Source of the DNA: Acidobacteriota bacterium
GTDB taxonomy: Bacteria > Acidobacteriota > UBA890 > WLXD01
Direction of reading: 5' to 3'
Assembly (NCBI GenBank): GCA_963666055.2
Contig: CAXWPH010000015.1
Span: forward strand, 1,248,001-1,312,000
DNA length: 64,000 nt
The position numbers were made by a program, and so were the translations under genes. Shown here piece after piece: positions 8,873-20,635 of this stretch. Position 1 is the first letter of the stretch; the number at the start of each line of letters is the position of its first letter. Below the pieces are notes generated by a model. It worked only from the letters and a program-made list of their open reading frames with translations. It had not been told where the DNA came from and searched no databases.

Positions 8873-10420
8873 ATGAGCAAGCGAGACACGGGCGAAACAA
8901 ACGGTGCGGAGACCAAACTGAGTCGCCGGACCTTCGCAAAGACCTCGGTCGCCGCGGGTACCGCGGCTGTTGCCCTGCCTAACACGTTGCTCAGCGCGAC
9001 CCCGGCCAAGACCGCCGCGACGAAGGCAACCTACGGTCGCGCCGTCCGTGTCGAGATGCGGGACGAAGGCTTTGGATACGGCGGTAGGGGTGCGCCTCCC
9101 TTGACCGCCCCGGTCCCCCGCACCGCCAGCGTCAACGGCTGGAAAGAGGGCACCACGATTCCCGCCGAGTACTACTTGGACGCAAAGCACTTCGCCGCCG
9201 ACGAGGCGTTCGTGGCGGAGAACTTCTGGCAGTACACCGATCAGGCGAGCCGTATTCCGAATCCCGGCGATTTCTACGTGTTCGAGTTCGGGCGCTCCGA
9301 ATCTATTCTGATCGTCCGCGGACAGGACAACGAGATAAGAGGCTTCTACAACGTCTGCCGCCACCGTGGCTCGCGACTGTGCCGCCACGACGCGGATGCC
9401 AAACCGAGCGACCCGCGCCTGTCGGTCAAGCAACTTGGTCAGAGCGGTAGCTCACCGGTGTTCCGCTGCCCATACCACGCCTGGACGTACGACACCGAGG
9501 GCAGCCTCATCTACGCCTACGGCATGCAGGACGATTTCGACCCGGCGGACAACGGCCTGATTCCCTGCCACTTGCGGGTCGCCGAAGGCCAGGTTTTCGT
9601 CAATCTCTCGAAGTCGGACACGCCGCCGGACTTCGAGTCGGTTGCGAGCCGACTTGGTGCTCTGGCCGACAAGTGGAGCCTGAAGGATCTGAAGGTCGTG
9701 GCCCGTGAGTACTACCCGATCAACGCCAACTGGAAGCTGGCGCTGGAGAACTTCAAGGAGTGCTACCACTGCGGGGCAGCGCATCGACCGCTGGTAACGA
9801 CCCACAACTGGGACAACGACGTCACCGACGAGCAGAGGGCCGAAAGGGCCGCTGCGGTTGCCGCGTGGGTTCCAGAGAAGAACCGGCGGCGGCGGCAGCA
9901 GCCCGCATCAACCGGCATGGGTGGCGAAGGCATGGACGGCGAAGGCATGGACGGCGAAGGCATGGACGACACTCCCGCCTACGGGAGCATGGGCGGGTTG
10001 CTCAATCCCGGCTTCGTCACCGGGTCGATCGATGGCAAGCCCGTGTCGATACTGTTGCCCAACATCACGGAGTGGAACCATGAGACCGGCGGCACCACGA
10101 CATTCGAGTCGACGGGCTACTGGCAAACCTACGACGATCACGTTGCGGTAGCACGGTTCACGCCGCGATCGGAGAAGTTCACCGATTGCGAGATCGTCTG
10201 GTTAGTGCATCCCGATGCCGTCGAGGGTCGCGACTACGATCCCGACAACGTGAAGGCGCTGTGGCACGTCACCATCCAGGAGGACATCTGGATCACCGAC
10301 AACAATCACGCGGGCATCGAGTCTAGCGCCTACGCCGCTGGGCGCTACTCCACCCACGAGGGCGGCCCCTCCCGCTTCATCGACTGGTACATGAAGGAGG
10401 TCGTCAAGGTCGGGGACTAA
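8873..10420 (+). CDS. Rieske non-heme iron oxygenase alpha subunit (GbcA/choline monooxygenase-like) with Tat signal
   Basis: SRRTFAK twin-arginine motif; NVCRHRG...CPYHAWTY; NWKLALENFKECYHCGAAH; QEDIWIT; GGAGGG RBS before ATG 8873. Confidence 0.9.
   Translation: MSKRDTGETNGAETKLSRRTFAKTSVAAGTAAVALPNTLLSATPAKTAATKATYGRAVRVEMRDEGFGYGGRGAPPLTAPVPRTASVNGWKEGTTIPAEYYLDAKHFAADEAFVAENFWQYTDQASRIPNPGDFYVFEFGRSESILIVRGQDNEIRGFYNVCRHRGSRLCRHDADAKPSDPRLSVKQLGQSGSSPVFRCPYHAWTYDTEGSLIYAYGMQDDFDPADNGLIPCHLRVAEGQVFVNLSKSDTPPDFESVASRLGALADKWSLKDLKVVAREYYPINANWKLALENFKECYHCGAAHRPLVTTHNWDNDVTDEQRAERAAAVAAWVPEKNRRRRQQPASTGMGGEGMDGEGMDGEGMDDTPAYGSMGGLLNPGFVTGSIDGKPVSILLPNITEWNHETGGTTTFESTGYWQTYDDHVAVARFTPRSEKFTDCEIVWLVHPDAVEGRDYDPDNVKALWHVTIQEDIWITDNNHAGIESSAYAAGRYSTHEGGPSRFIDWYMKEVVKVGD
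9923..9967 (+). repeat. 3 x 15-bp perfect tandem repeat GGCGAAGGCATGGAC (GEGMD)
   Basis: Directly visible at 9923, 9938 and 9953. Confidence 0.95.
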
Positions 10421-10472
10421 GGCGCGCCGAGCCCCCCTGGGTACGACTTAGAGCTCGAGACGGAGGAGTGTC

Positions 10473-11714
10473 GTGAGGCCAATCACGCGGGCGATCGCGA
10501 TTCTGCTGGTGCTGGCGTTGTCGGTTGCCTGTACGCCACAGCCGGCCTCCGAGCCCGCCGAAGCCACTGCGGAGCCGGGCTCCGACCAAGCCGAGCCAGC
10601 GGAAGGCGAGGAGCAGGGCGAGCCGGAAGTGGATCCTGAGCTGGCCATCATTCGGCTGGACCCGAACGACGAGAACCTCGAGGTGTGGAGAGATCGAGAC
10701 ATCTCGGACGATCCACCACGAGAGCCCGGACCGGTTGGAATCGGGGCGGCCCTGAGCTTCTTCCGGCTGCCCATCGCGGTGACCGTCGAGGACCTGATCG
10801 CTGGCGAAGTGGAGGTGGCGTTTATCGGAGCCCCGGTCGACATGGGGGTCGGCTATCGAGGCGCTGGCGAGGGACCCACCGCGATGCGCGCGCTCCGGCG
10901 CGGCGTCGGCAGCATGGAGACGATGATCAGCTGGAAGGAGGAGCTGAAGGCCGTGGACTACGGCAACGCGCCCATCGACAATCTGAGCGTCGAGCGCAGC
11001 ATGCCACCGATTCGGCGGATGGTTCGGGAGATCGCCGAGACGGGGGCGATTCCCATCATCATCGGCGGCGATCACTCCATCGAGTTCGCCAACGTTGCCG
11101 GGCTCGCCGACGTGTACGGCAAGGAGAACGTCGGCGTCATCCACTTCGATGCTCACTACGACGCCGGCGGCACGCGCAGCGGCCACCTGATCTCCCATGC
11201 CCAGCCGGTACGTCGGCTCGTCGACGACGGACACGTCCTCGGCCGGAACTTCATCCAGGTGGGCCTTCGGGGCGCCTGGCCGGGGGAGGCCGGATTCGAG
11301 TGGATGCGGGCCAACAACCTTCGCTACCACACGATGGCGGAGATCAATCGCGATGGTTGGGGGGCCGTCATGGAACGGGTTCTCGACGAGGCGAACGACG
11401 GGCCGGAGTACCTCCACATCTCCTTTGACATCGACGTCATGGACCCGGCGTACACCGAGGGAACAGGTACGCCGGTGCCGGGCGGCCTGATGCCCCGCGA
11501 GGTGTTCCCCCTCATCCGCGGCCTCTGCGCCGAGAACAACGTCGTTGGATTCGACCTGGTCGAGTTGAACCCTCTCCTCGACCCCGGCTACACGACCGTG
11601 CTCAACTCCAAACAAGTTGTCGACGAGTGCCTGACCGGGATTGCGATGAAGAAGCTAGGGCTCAGCGGCAGGGACTACCTGAGCCCGCTCACGGCGACCG
11701 ACGGCCGGCGGTAG
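10473..11714 (+). CDS. Agmatinase/ureohydrolase family lipoprotein
   Basis: Lipobox LSVAC; GGDHS, HFDAHYD, SFDIDVMDP, GTGTP motifs. Confidence 0.9.
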   Translation: MRPITRAIAILLVLALSVACTPQPASEPAEATAEPGSDQAEPAEGEEQGEPEVDPELAIIRLDPNDENLEVWRDRDISDDPPREPGPVGIGAALSFFRLPIAVTVEDLIAGEVEVAFIGAPVDMGVGYRGAGEGPTAMRALRRGVGSMETMISWKEELKAVDYGNAPIDNLSVERSMPPIRRMVREIAETGAIPIIIGGDHSIEFANVAGLADVYGKENVGVIHFDAHYDAGGTRSGHLISHAQPVRRLVDDGHVLGRNFIQVGLRGAWPGEAGFEWMRANNLRYHTMAEINRDGWGAVMERVLDEANDGPEYLHISFDIDVMDPAYTEGTGTPVPGGLMPREVFPLIRGLCAENNVVGFDLVELNPLLDPGYTTVLNSKQVVDECLTGIAMKKLGLSGRDYLSPLTATDGRR

Positions 11715-11794
11715 CAGGCCGAGTCGCGGGCCCGTCGCGAATGAGTGAGACGAGGTCGGAACCCTCGTCAGTTACTGACCCAGTGAGGCTCCAA

Positions 11795-13534
11795 ATGCAC
11801 CCGCAACGTGCCCTCATTTTTTCACTGACTCTGCTCACGACCCTCGTCTCTGTCGCCTGCAGCGATCCCGCCGATGAGACGACCCCCGCCACTCACGCGG
11901 ATTTGGTTGTCGTCAATGCCGACGTTCGTACCGTTGACCCAGCCATTCTTGCGGCAGAAGCGTTTGCCGTCGGAGATGGCCGGATTATCGCTATTGGCTC
12001 GACCGTCGAGATCGCTGCGCTCGCTGGCGACACAACCACGGTCGTCGACGCGGCTGGCTCAACGGTAATACCGGGTCTTGTCGACGGACATACTCACCTT
12101 GTTGGCGGCGCCGGGCTGGCCGTCGGTGTTGATCTGTCCGAAATAGAAGACAAGAGCGAATGGCTGCGCATCATTCGGGACAAAGCCCAAACTCTGCCCG
12201 ATGGCGCGTGGATCCTGGGCGGCGCCTGGGACCACAATCTCTCCGACGGTGTGTTGCCGACAAAGGAGATGCTCGACTCCGTCGCCCCCGACAACCCGGT
12301 GCTTCTCTGGGACATTGATCATCATTCGAGCTGGGCCAATAGCCTCGCCATAGAACTCGCCGGCGTGACGGCCGACAGCCCCGTGCCGACGGGCGGTCAA
12401 ATACTGGTCGACTCGACCACCGGTGAGCCCACCGGAGTGTTTCTCGAAACTGCAGCGGCGCTGTTCGACGATGCACCGGGCCTACAGGAAGCAGCGGACC
12501 CCGAAGCCGGAATCAGGGCGGCTGTGGCGCTTGCGAACAGCTATGGGATTACTAGCGTGCACGACATGAGCGGCAACCATGACGCGTTCCTGTCGGTCAT
12601 GAAGGATGGGGCTCTGACGGTACGAATCTGGCAGGGAGCGTTCTCAAACAATGCGAGCGCCGAGTCAGCCGTACAGTTTTTCCGCGATCTAGACGTCGAG
12701 AGAAGCCGGCTGCGGGAGACGATCGCGGAGTTCACTGGAACGAAGACAACCGGGCCGCTATTCGAGCTCGGCTATGTGAAACTGATGATCGATGGTGTTC
12801 TTTCTACGCACACCGCGTTGATGAAAGAACCGTACGCCGACAACCCGGAGGCGCAGGTCGAGCCATTCGTCAGTCGCCAGGATCTGGACACTATGGTGGC
12901 AGCGGCACACGACGCTGGCTTTCCGGTAGCAGTGCACGCCATAGGTGATGAGGGGGTGTCCTGGGTGCTGGATTCGTTCGCCGCGTCGCCGAGGCCGCCC
13001 GGTGTGCCGATAGATCGCGTCGAACACATAGAGGTCGTCACTCCTGATGATGTGCAGCGATTCAGCTCACTCGGTATAGCGGCCTCCATGCAGCCGCATC
13101 ACGCCACCTGCTGCGTCGGTAGCTACGTGGTCGATCGCATCGGCCCAGATCGCCTGCCGAATGCATATGTGTGGCGGCAAATGCTGGACAACAACATTCC
13201 CCTGGTGCTTGGGTCCGACTGGCCGACTTCTCCATTGAGTCCGCTGATCCAGATCGCCGATACGCTACACCGTGAAACCCAGATCGATGGTGCCGTTCGA
13301 CCGTGGGATGAGGGCAATAGGCTGACGTTTGAGGAAGCGCTGCACGGTTACACCCAAGCCGGCGCGAACATGACGGCCTGGGGCGATGAAATCGGCAGCA
13401 TTACCGTTGGCAAGTGGGCCGATTTCGTCATTCTCGATGAGTTGCTATCCGCTGAGGCCGACCGCAGCATCGAGAATCGCCGGGTGACGGCAACCTACCT
13501 CGCCGGCCGGCAGGTCTATCCGAGAGACCCATAG
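11795..13534 (+). CDS. Amidohydrolase 3 (YtcJ-like), lipoprotein
   Basis: PGLVDGHTH, KLMIDG, HAIGD, RVEHIE, GSDWP, GSITVGKWADF; lipobox VSVAC. Confidence 0.9.
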   Translation: MHPQRALIFSLTLLTTLVSVACSDPADETTPATHADLVVVNADVRTVDPAILAAEAFAVGDGRIIAIGSTVEIAALAGDTTTVVDAAGSTVIPGLVDGHTHLVGGAGLAVGVDLSEIEDKSEWLRIIRDKAQTLPDGAWILGGAWDHNLSDGVLPTKEMLDSVAPDNPVLLWDIDHHSSWANSLAIELAGVTADSPVPTGGQILVDSTTGEPTGVFLETAAALFDDAPGLQEAADPEAGIRAAVALANSYGITSVHDMSGNHDAFLSVMKDGALTVRIWQGAFSNNASAESAVQFFRDLDVERSRLRETIAEFTGTKTTGPLFELGYVKLMIDGVLSTHTALMKEPYADNPEAQVEPFVSRQDLDTMVAAAHDAGFPVAVHAIGDEGVSWVLDSFAASPRPPGVPIDRVEHIEVVTPDDVQRFSSLGIAASMQPHHATCCVGSYVVDRIGPDRLPNAYVWRQMLDNNIPLVLGSDWPTSPLSPLIQIADTLHRETQIDGAVRPWDEGNRLTFEEALHGYTQAGANMTAWGDEIGSITVGKWADFVILDELLSAEADRSIENRRVTATYLAGRQVYPRDP

Positions 13535-13555
13535 CATCAGTACGAACGGGGCTAG

Positions 13556-13710
13556 AGGCCGTGGTGAAAGTGTGGTGGGTCTGGCGACAGGGTCTTGCGA
13601 AGTGCAGGCAAGGAGAGAGGAGGAGGCGATGGATACCCCATCGTTGACGAGGAACGACGCAGGATACGCGCGCCACCCCCTGTCGCCCCACCACACTTTC
13701 ACCACGGCCT
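13556..13710. mobile_element. MITE / internally deleted IS with 24-bp perfect terminal inverted repeats and GCTAG flanking direct repeats
   Basis: AGGCCGTGGTGAAAGTGTGGTGGG (13556-13579) is the reverse complement of 13687-13710; GCTAG at 13551-13555 and 13711-13715. Confidence 0.75.
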
Positions 13711-13914
13711 GCTAGGCCCACCCCGGCGTAGGAATCGCGCCCGTCGTTTGACATGGCCCCGCAGCGTCGAAGGCACTGGTGTCAACGCGTCGATGAGGGG
13801 ACTGAATGATAGTTTTTGACACAGTCCAGAATTGGGCAGATGCTGAGGTCATGACCGACAAGGGGCCGCTGTTCCGAGTGTATCGAAGAACCCCCGGTTC
13901 CGGCCGGGGGCTGA

Positions 13915-16233
<2,319 letters not shown>

Positions 16234-16416
16234 CGCCCGACTTCGACCCCCGCCCGAGTGCCACTCTGGCCCTGTTGACGTGCCCGACCGAGGCCGCGAA
16301 GATCGGCGACTGACAGTTCGCTTTGCGTTCGACAAATTCTTGGGCTCCATGGCCCATGTAAGGAAACACTGGCGGGCCCCGCAAGCTAGCGTGGGTCCCA
16401 ATGTTTTCGGGGTAGC

Positions 16417-17025
16417 ATGCGCATCGCCTCCGACGGTTTTCCGTTCATCTTGCCGCCGGCGCTTATGGCCGCCGGCGCGGTCGCCGCCCAGCTACCCTCG
16501 GTGGCACTTGCCAGCGCGGTTGTCGCGGCGGCGCTAGCGGCTTTCTTTCGCGACCCCGATCGTCTCGTCGTCGCGGTGGCGAACGCCGCACTCTCACCCG
16601 TCGATGGCAGGGTGATAGGTGTGCAGAGCGAGGCCGAGGGTATCTCCATCACGGTTTTCCTATCGCTCTTTAACGTCCACGTGGCGCGCTCACCGATCGC
16701 CGGCGAGTTAGTTAGGTGCGAGGCCAAAGGTGGCGGATACGCTGCGGCGTTTTCACCGCGAGCCGGGCACAACGCGCGTGTGGAGATGGACATAGCCTCG
16801 GACACCGGCACGGTGCGGTTGTCGTTGATGGCAGGATTGGTGGCCCGTCGTGTGCTGCCTTGGGTCGGAGCTCCCGCTGCGTTGCGCCAGGGCCAGCGGA
16901 TCGCGATCATCCGGTTCGGGTCTCGTGCCGAGATCAATCTACCGGCTGGATTCGAGGCTACCGTGCGGGTTGGTGACACCGTGCGCGCCGGTCTCACCAC
17001 CGTGGCCCGGTGCACCGAGGCATGA
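16417..17025 (+). CDS. psd: Phosphatidylserine decarboxylase proenzyme
   Basis: FFRDPDR, SPVDG, FLSLFNVHV, GLVARR, IRFGSR cleavage motif. Confidence 0.9.
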   Translation: MRIASDGFPFILPPALMAAGAVAAQLPSVALASAVVAAALAAFFRDPDRLVVAVANAALSPVDGRVIGVQSEAEGISITVFLSLFNVHVARSPIAGELVRCEAKGGGYAAAFSPRAGHNARVEMDIASDTGTVRLSLMAGLVARRVLPWVGAPAALRQGQRIAIIRFGSRAEINLPAGFEATVRVGDTVRAGLTTVARCTEA

Positions 17026-17813
17026 CCACGTCAATGCCGGAGCACCGCAAGGACCGCAGGCGACGGCGTTTTCGCCGCGGCGTTTTCATGCTGCCGTCGC
17101 TGCTCACTACAGGCACTCTCTTCGCGGGCTACTACAGCATCGTTGCTTCGCTGCAGGGTGAGTATCGATCAGCCGCCATCGCTATCGGGGCTGCCTTCAT
17201 CATCGACGGGCTTGACGGCCGGATCGCCCGCCTCACCAACTCACAAACCGACTTCGGCAAGGCCTACGACTCGCTCGCCGACGTCATCGCCTTCGGGGCA
17301 GCGCCCGCCGTCCTGATGCTGTCGTGGGGCCTTTGGAATCTCGGGCGCGTGGGCTGGCTGGCCAGCTTCTTCTTCCTGGTGTGTGTGGCGCTGCGGCTCG
17401 GACGGTTTGGGGTCGAGGGCGACAGACCCTTCTTCGTCGGGCTCCCCTCGCCTGCAGCTGCCAGCCTGGTGGGTGCTGGGGCTTTCTATTGGCCCGCCCG
17501 CGTCGAGTCCTTGCTGATGGTACGCGTGCTGCTAGCCTGCTTGCTGTTGGTCTCGCTGCTTATGGTGTCGAGACTCCGATACCGTTCCTTCAAGTACTTC
17601 GACCTGCGCCGCCGGCGACCCCATATCGTAATCGTGTTACTGGCCAGCGTGATCGTGCTGATCGTGCTCGACCCGGAAAACGTGCTCCTGCTAACGGCGA
17701 CGACATACGCGCTGTCTGGCCCTGTGGACAAAGCTCTGAGCCGAATCGCTCGCCGGCGCGCGTCGAGGACCCAGCACCGCTCGGCCTCGCACTCTTCGGA
17801 GCCGGGCGCGTGA
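17022..17813 (+). CDS. pssA: CDP-diacylglycerol--serine O-phosphatidyltransferase
   Basis: DGLDGRIAR...FGKAYDSLADVIAFG CDP-alcohol phosphotransferase motif; FVGLPSP; ATGA overlap with psd. Confidence 0.92.
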   Translation: MTTSMPEHRKDRRRRRFRRGVFMLPSLLTTGTLFAGYYSIVASLQGEYRSAAIAIGAAFIIDGLDGRIARLTNSQTDFGKAYDSLADVIAFGAAPAVLMLSWGLWNLGRVGWLASFFFLVCVALRLGRFGVEGDRPFFVGLPSPAAASLVGAGAFYWPARVESLLMVRVLLACLLLVSLLMVSRLRYRSFKYFDLRRRRPHIVIVLLASVIVLIVLDPENVLLLTATTYALSGPVDKALSRIARRRASRTQHRSASHSSEPGA

Positions 17814-17909
17814 GCCTCAGCTGTGTGCCGCGACCTCGTGCGATCGTAGGGATCGCTTGGGCACGGCACGTCACGGCCTCGCGGGGGCCGTCCGTCCAAA
17901 CGATGCCCA

Positions 17910-18006
17910 TGTCCGGGTCGGAGATAGCATCGACGATTTCGATCCGAGCATCGCCGACATCGCGTAAACGGCGCTGCGGGTCTTTCTCCAAACAGCGGCG
18001 CATCAC
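17910..18006 (-). pseudogene. Ser/Thr kinase fragment (end of C-lobe)
   Basis: RRCLEKDPQRRLRDVGDARIEI matches RQCLEKEPDRRLHDIADARIGI of the kinase at 60844. Confidence 0.7.
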
Positions 18007-18016
18007 GTGTCGAACG

Positions 18017-18226
18017 ATGGGCGGGGCGTTAGAGGAGGGACTCTGGGACCTTATTCTACGGCCGGAAGAACGATGCTATGTGTCAACGCGGCCCCACCCT
18101 GGCCGGGTAGTCCGCCGGATCTTTAGCGCCAAGGAAGCAGCCTACAAGGCTTGGTACCCCTGCCCCCCTCGCTTTCCGGATCGGTCCGGAATCCGTGTAA
18201 CGCAAAACAGCTCAACAAAAGGCTGA
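18017..18226 (+). pseudogene. 4'-phosphopantetheinyl transferase (EntD-like) fragment
   Basis: IFSAKEAAYKAWYP signature; N-terminal part missing. Confidence 0.6.
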
Positions 18227-18313
18227 GTTGTCACGGCGCTTACTATAGTGATCGACGTCTCGACGTAACCGTTTGCGTGTGAAGCGTATCCATCGGTCGC
18301 CAAGAGTATAAGA

Positions 18314-18811
18314 ATGCCCGAATCGCACGACATTCGACCAGTCGCCACGGAAGACCACTCCGATTGGCTCACGCTGTGGCAGCACTACCTCGTTTTCTAC
18401 CAGGCGTCACTACCTGAGGTCGCGACGGCGCTGCTGTGGCAGCGATTGCTGGATCCGGTACACCCGTTTCGCTGCTTCGTCGCCGTGGATACGAATACTC
18501 AGCGCCTGGCCGGCATTGTGCACTTCTTCGCACATCCTGATACGTGGGAGTCCGAGCTCATCTGTTACCTGCAAGATCTATACGTCGATGAACCCGCGCG
18601 GGGCGGCGGCGTGGGCGCCGCACTTATCGAAGCCGTTCGCGACGAAGCGGAGCGTTGCGGTTGGTCGGTCGTTTACTGGCAGACCATGCACGACAACACG
18701 CGGGCACGCGGGCTATACGACAAGCTCACCGGCGGGACGGATGGCTTTGTCACCTATCGGCTGAGCCGAGCTCCGCGCCCCGCGGCCACGTCATCGGACC
18801 AATTGGGTTAG
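18314..18811 (+). CDS. GNAT family N-acetyltransferase
   Basis: CYLQDLYVDEPARGGGVG acetyl-CoA motif; YWQT..DN..AR.LYDK. Confidence 0.9.
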   Translation: MPESHDIRPVATEDHSDWLTLWQHYLVFYQASLPEVATALLWQRLLDPVHPFRCFVAVDTNTQRLAGIVHFFAHPDTWESELICYLQDLYVDEPARGGGVGAALIEAVRDEAERCGWSVVYWQTMHDNTRARGLYDKLTGGTDGFVTYRLSRAPRPAATSSDQLG

Positions 18812-18842
18812 GAGCACTGCAAAATGGTCGCGAGATCGTCTG

Positions 18843-19592
18843 TTACTTGAGGCTGCTACGCATTCGCGATCGCGAGTTCGATTTACCCGACAAGCCGCTC
18901 TCTTGTTGATCCGATGCGATCAAGCTCATCGCGAGGCCGCCGTTCGCGTCCGCCTGCACCTGCACCTCGCGCTGGAGGATGCGGTCACCCGCAACTCCCC
19001 ACGCTGTTAGCAGGTACGACCCCTTCGGGATGTCCTCGACGCGAAAGCTCCCCCGATCATTGGCGATCGCCGCATACGGGTGCGAGACCACGAGGATGAG
19101 CGCCATCATCCCCGGGTGCATGTCGCAGCGGACGCTATAGGGGCCCGTCTGCTCGAACCGGTGCTCGATCTCGTCGTCGTGCCTCAGGTCAACGTTGATG
19201 ACCACGGCCTGTGTCTGCGTCTGCGTCACGCGCACGTTGTGCTCGGTGTCGTCGCCGTTGCCGAACCGCACCTGCTGACCTCTCGCGGCGATCGCCATCC
19301 GCGGATAGAAGGTGCGGGCGAACTGCTCGATCACGATCGCCGCTGCCGGCACCTCGCGTTCCGGTGCAACCGACGCTGCCTCTGCGAGGGGCTCCAGCGA
19401 TACGACCGCCGGGCCGAGCCCATCGGGGAGCGTCGCGAGCAGCGTTGCCGCCGCCGCGTCGGGTGCAGCCGACCTGTCGGGCTCGGGACCGGCCGATCGC
19501 GAGCCGCCGGGAGCACACGACACCAGGACGAGCGTGATAACCGTCGACCCCACCATCGGCCGTCGTTCCCGGGGAGCACGTCGCGAGTTCAT
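18843..19592 (-). CDS. Cupredoxin (plastocyanin-like) lipoprotein with C-terminal carboxypeptidase-regulatory-like domain
   Basis: EHNV and CDMHPGM type-1 Cu ligands; lipobox LVSC. Confidence 0.7.
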   Translation of the reverse strand: MNSRRAPRERRPMVGSTVITLVLVSCAPGGSRSAGPEPDRSAAPDAAAATLLATLPDGLGPAVVSLEPLAEAASVAPEREVPAAAIVIEQFARTFYPRMAIAARGQQVRFGNGDDTEHNVRVTQTQTQAVVINVDLRHDDEIEHRFEQTGPYSVRCDMHPGMMALILVVSHPYAAIANDRGSFRVEDIPKGSYLLTAWGVAGDRILQREVQVQADANGGLAMSLIASDQQESGLSGKSNSRSRMRSSLK

Positions 19593-19737
19593 GCCGCGAA
19601 GTCTAACGAACTGTCGGTCTTCCAGTCAGCGGGCACGGCGTGTGAGTCCGGCGCGTCTGCCGCCCGGATCGGTCGGGATCCCGCTTGACAGTACCGTCGT
19701 TGCGGTGGATTTGATCTGGCATTGGACCTGGAACTGA

Positions 19738-20511
19738 TCAGCGGCCGCGGGCCATGAACGCGTCGACCTCGGCGGCGCGATAAGGCAAGCCGCTGCTGAG
19801 GACCTCGTGACCGTCTTGTGTCACGACGATCATGTCCTCTAGGTAGAAGGCATCGGGGCCCACCGAGACCATGGGCTCGTAGGCGAGCACCGTGCCGGCG
19901 CGCAGCACCGGAAGCGCCTCCTCGCCACTCTCGATCCCGACGCCGTGCAGGTGCCATGCGGCGTCCACATCCAGGAGCACGGCGGCCTGTCGGGCCCCGT
20001 CAGAGCTCAGGGACGGCGTCAACTCGCGCACCCGCGCCCGGCTCGCGGCCCGGACCTCGGCGACCGTTACGCCGTCGGCGATGACCTCGAGACCGGCGAG
20101 GTACCCCTCGATGAGCAGATCCCAGACGTCCGCCTGGGCCGCATCGAAATGCCCGCTCACCGGCAGCGTGCGCCCGATGTCGGCTCCGTAGCCGGACCCC
20201 GCGCAACCGATATCGAGGCGCACCAGCTCTCCGGGCCGCATCTCACGATCGAGGTGCTCGTAGCTGTAGGAGGAGCGCACGAGCTCGTCCAGATGTGCGT
20301 TGGGTCCGGACATGCTCCAGGGCCAAAAGGACGGTCCCTGGCCGTCGGCCTCCAGGCAGGCCGACACGACGGCGGCCTCGACACGACGCTGTGTGGTTCC
20401 CGCGTCGATGCGTCCGGCCGCGGCCCTAAAGGCGGCAACGGTAGCCTGTGCGTTGGCGCGGAGCAGCTCCACCTCGGCGCTCGATTTCACCCAGCGAAGC
20501 TCCCGGATCAC
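19738..20511 (-). pseudogene. Xaa-Pro aminopeptidase (M24) catalytic domain, 5'-truncated
   Basis: LRWVKS..E, LDIG..YGADIGRTLP, HGVG, YEP, LED; N-terminal domain absent. Confidence 0.75.
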
Positions 20512-20635
20512 CCTGCAGTGCCGAGGCGATAGTCGCCTCCGGAAAGGCCTCCTCGAGGGCAGTGCGCCACAGCGCCATGGGCCCCGCTACCGGGCGCAAG
20601 CCCGCCGGCGAGCCGGTCGACTCGACCCGGCGGGC

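Noticed and set aside
18800-19610. Integron cassettes (GTTAGAC just before the cupredoxin start; small GNAT gene nearby)
   Set aside because: No paired attC stem with complementary R boxes could be found, and there is no intI
19684-19695. 12-bp match (CTTGACAGTACC) to the IS6 end at 36772-36783
   Set aside because: Too short, with no adjacent transposase sequence; not distinguishable from chance by eye
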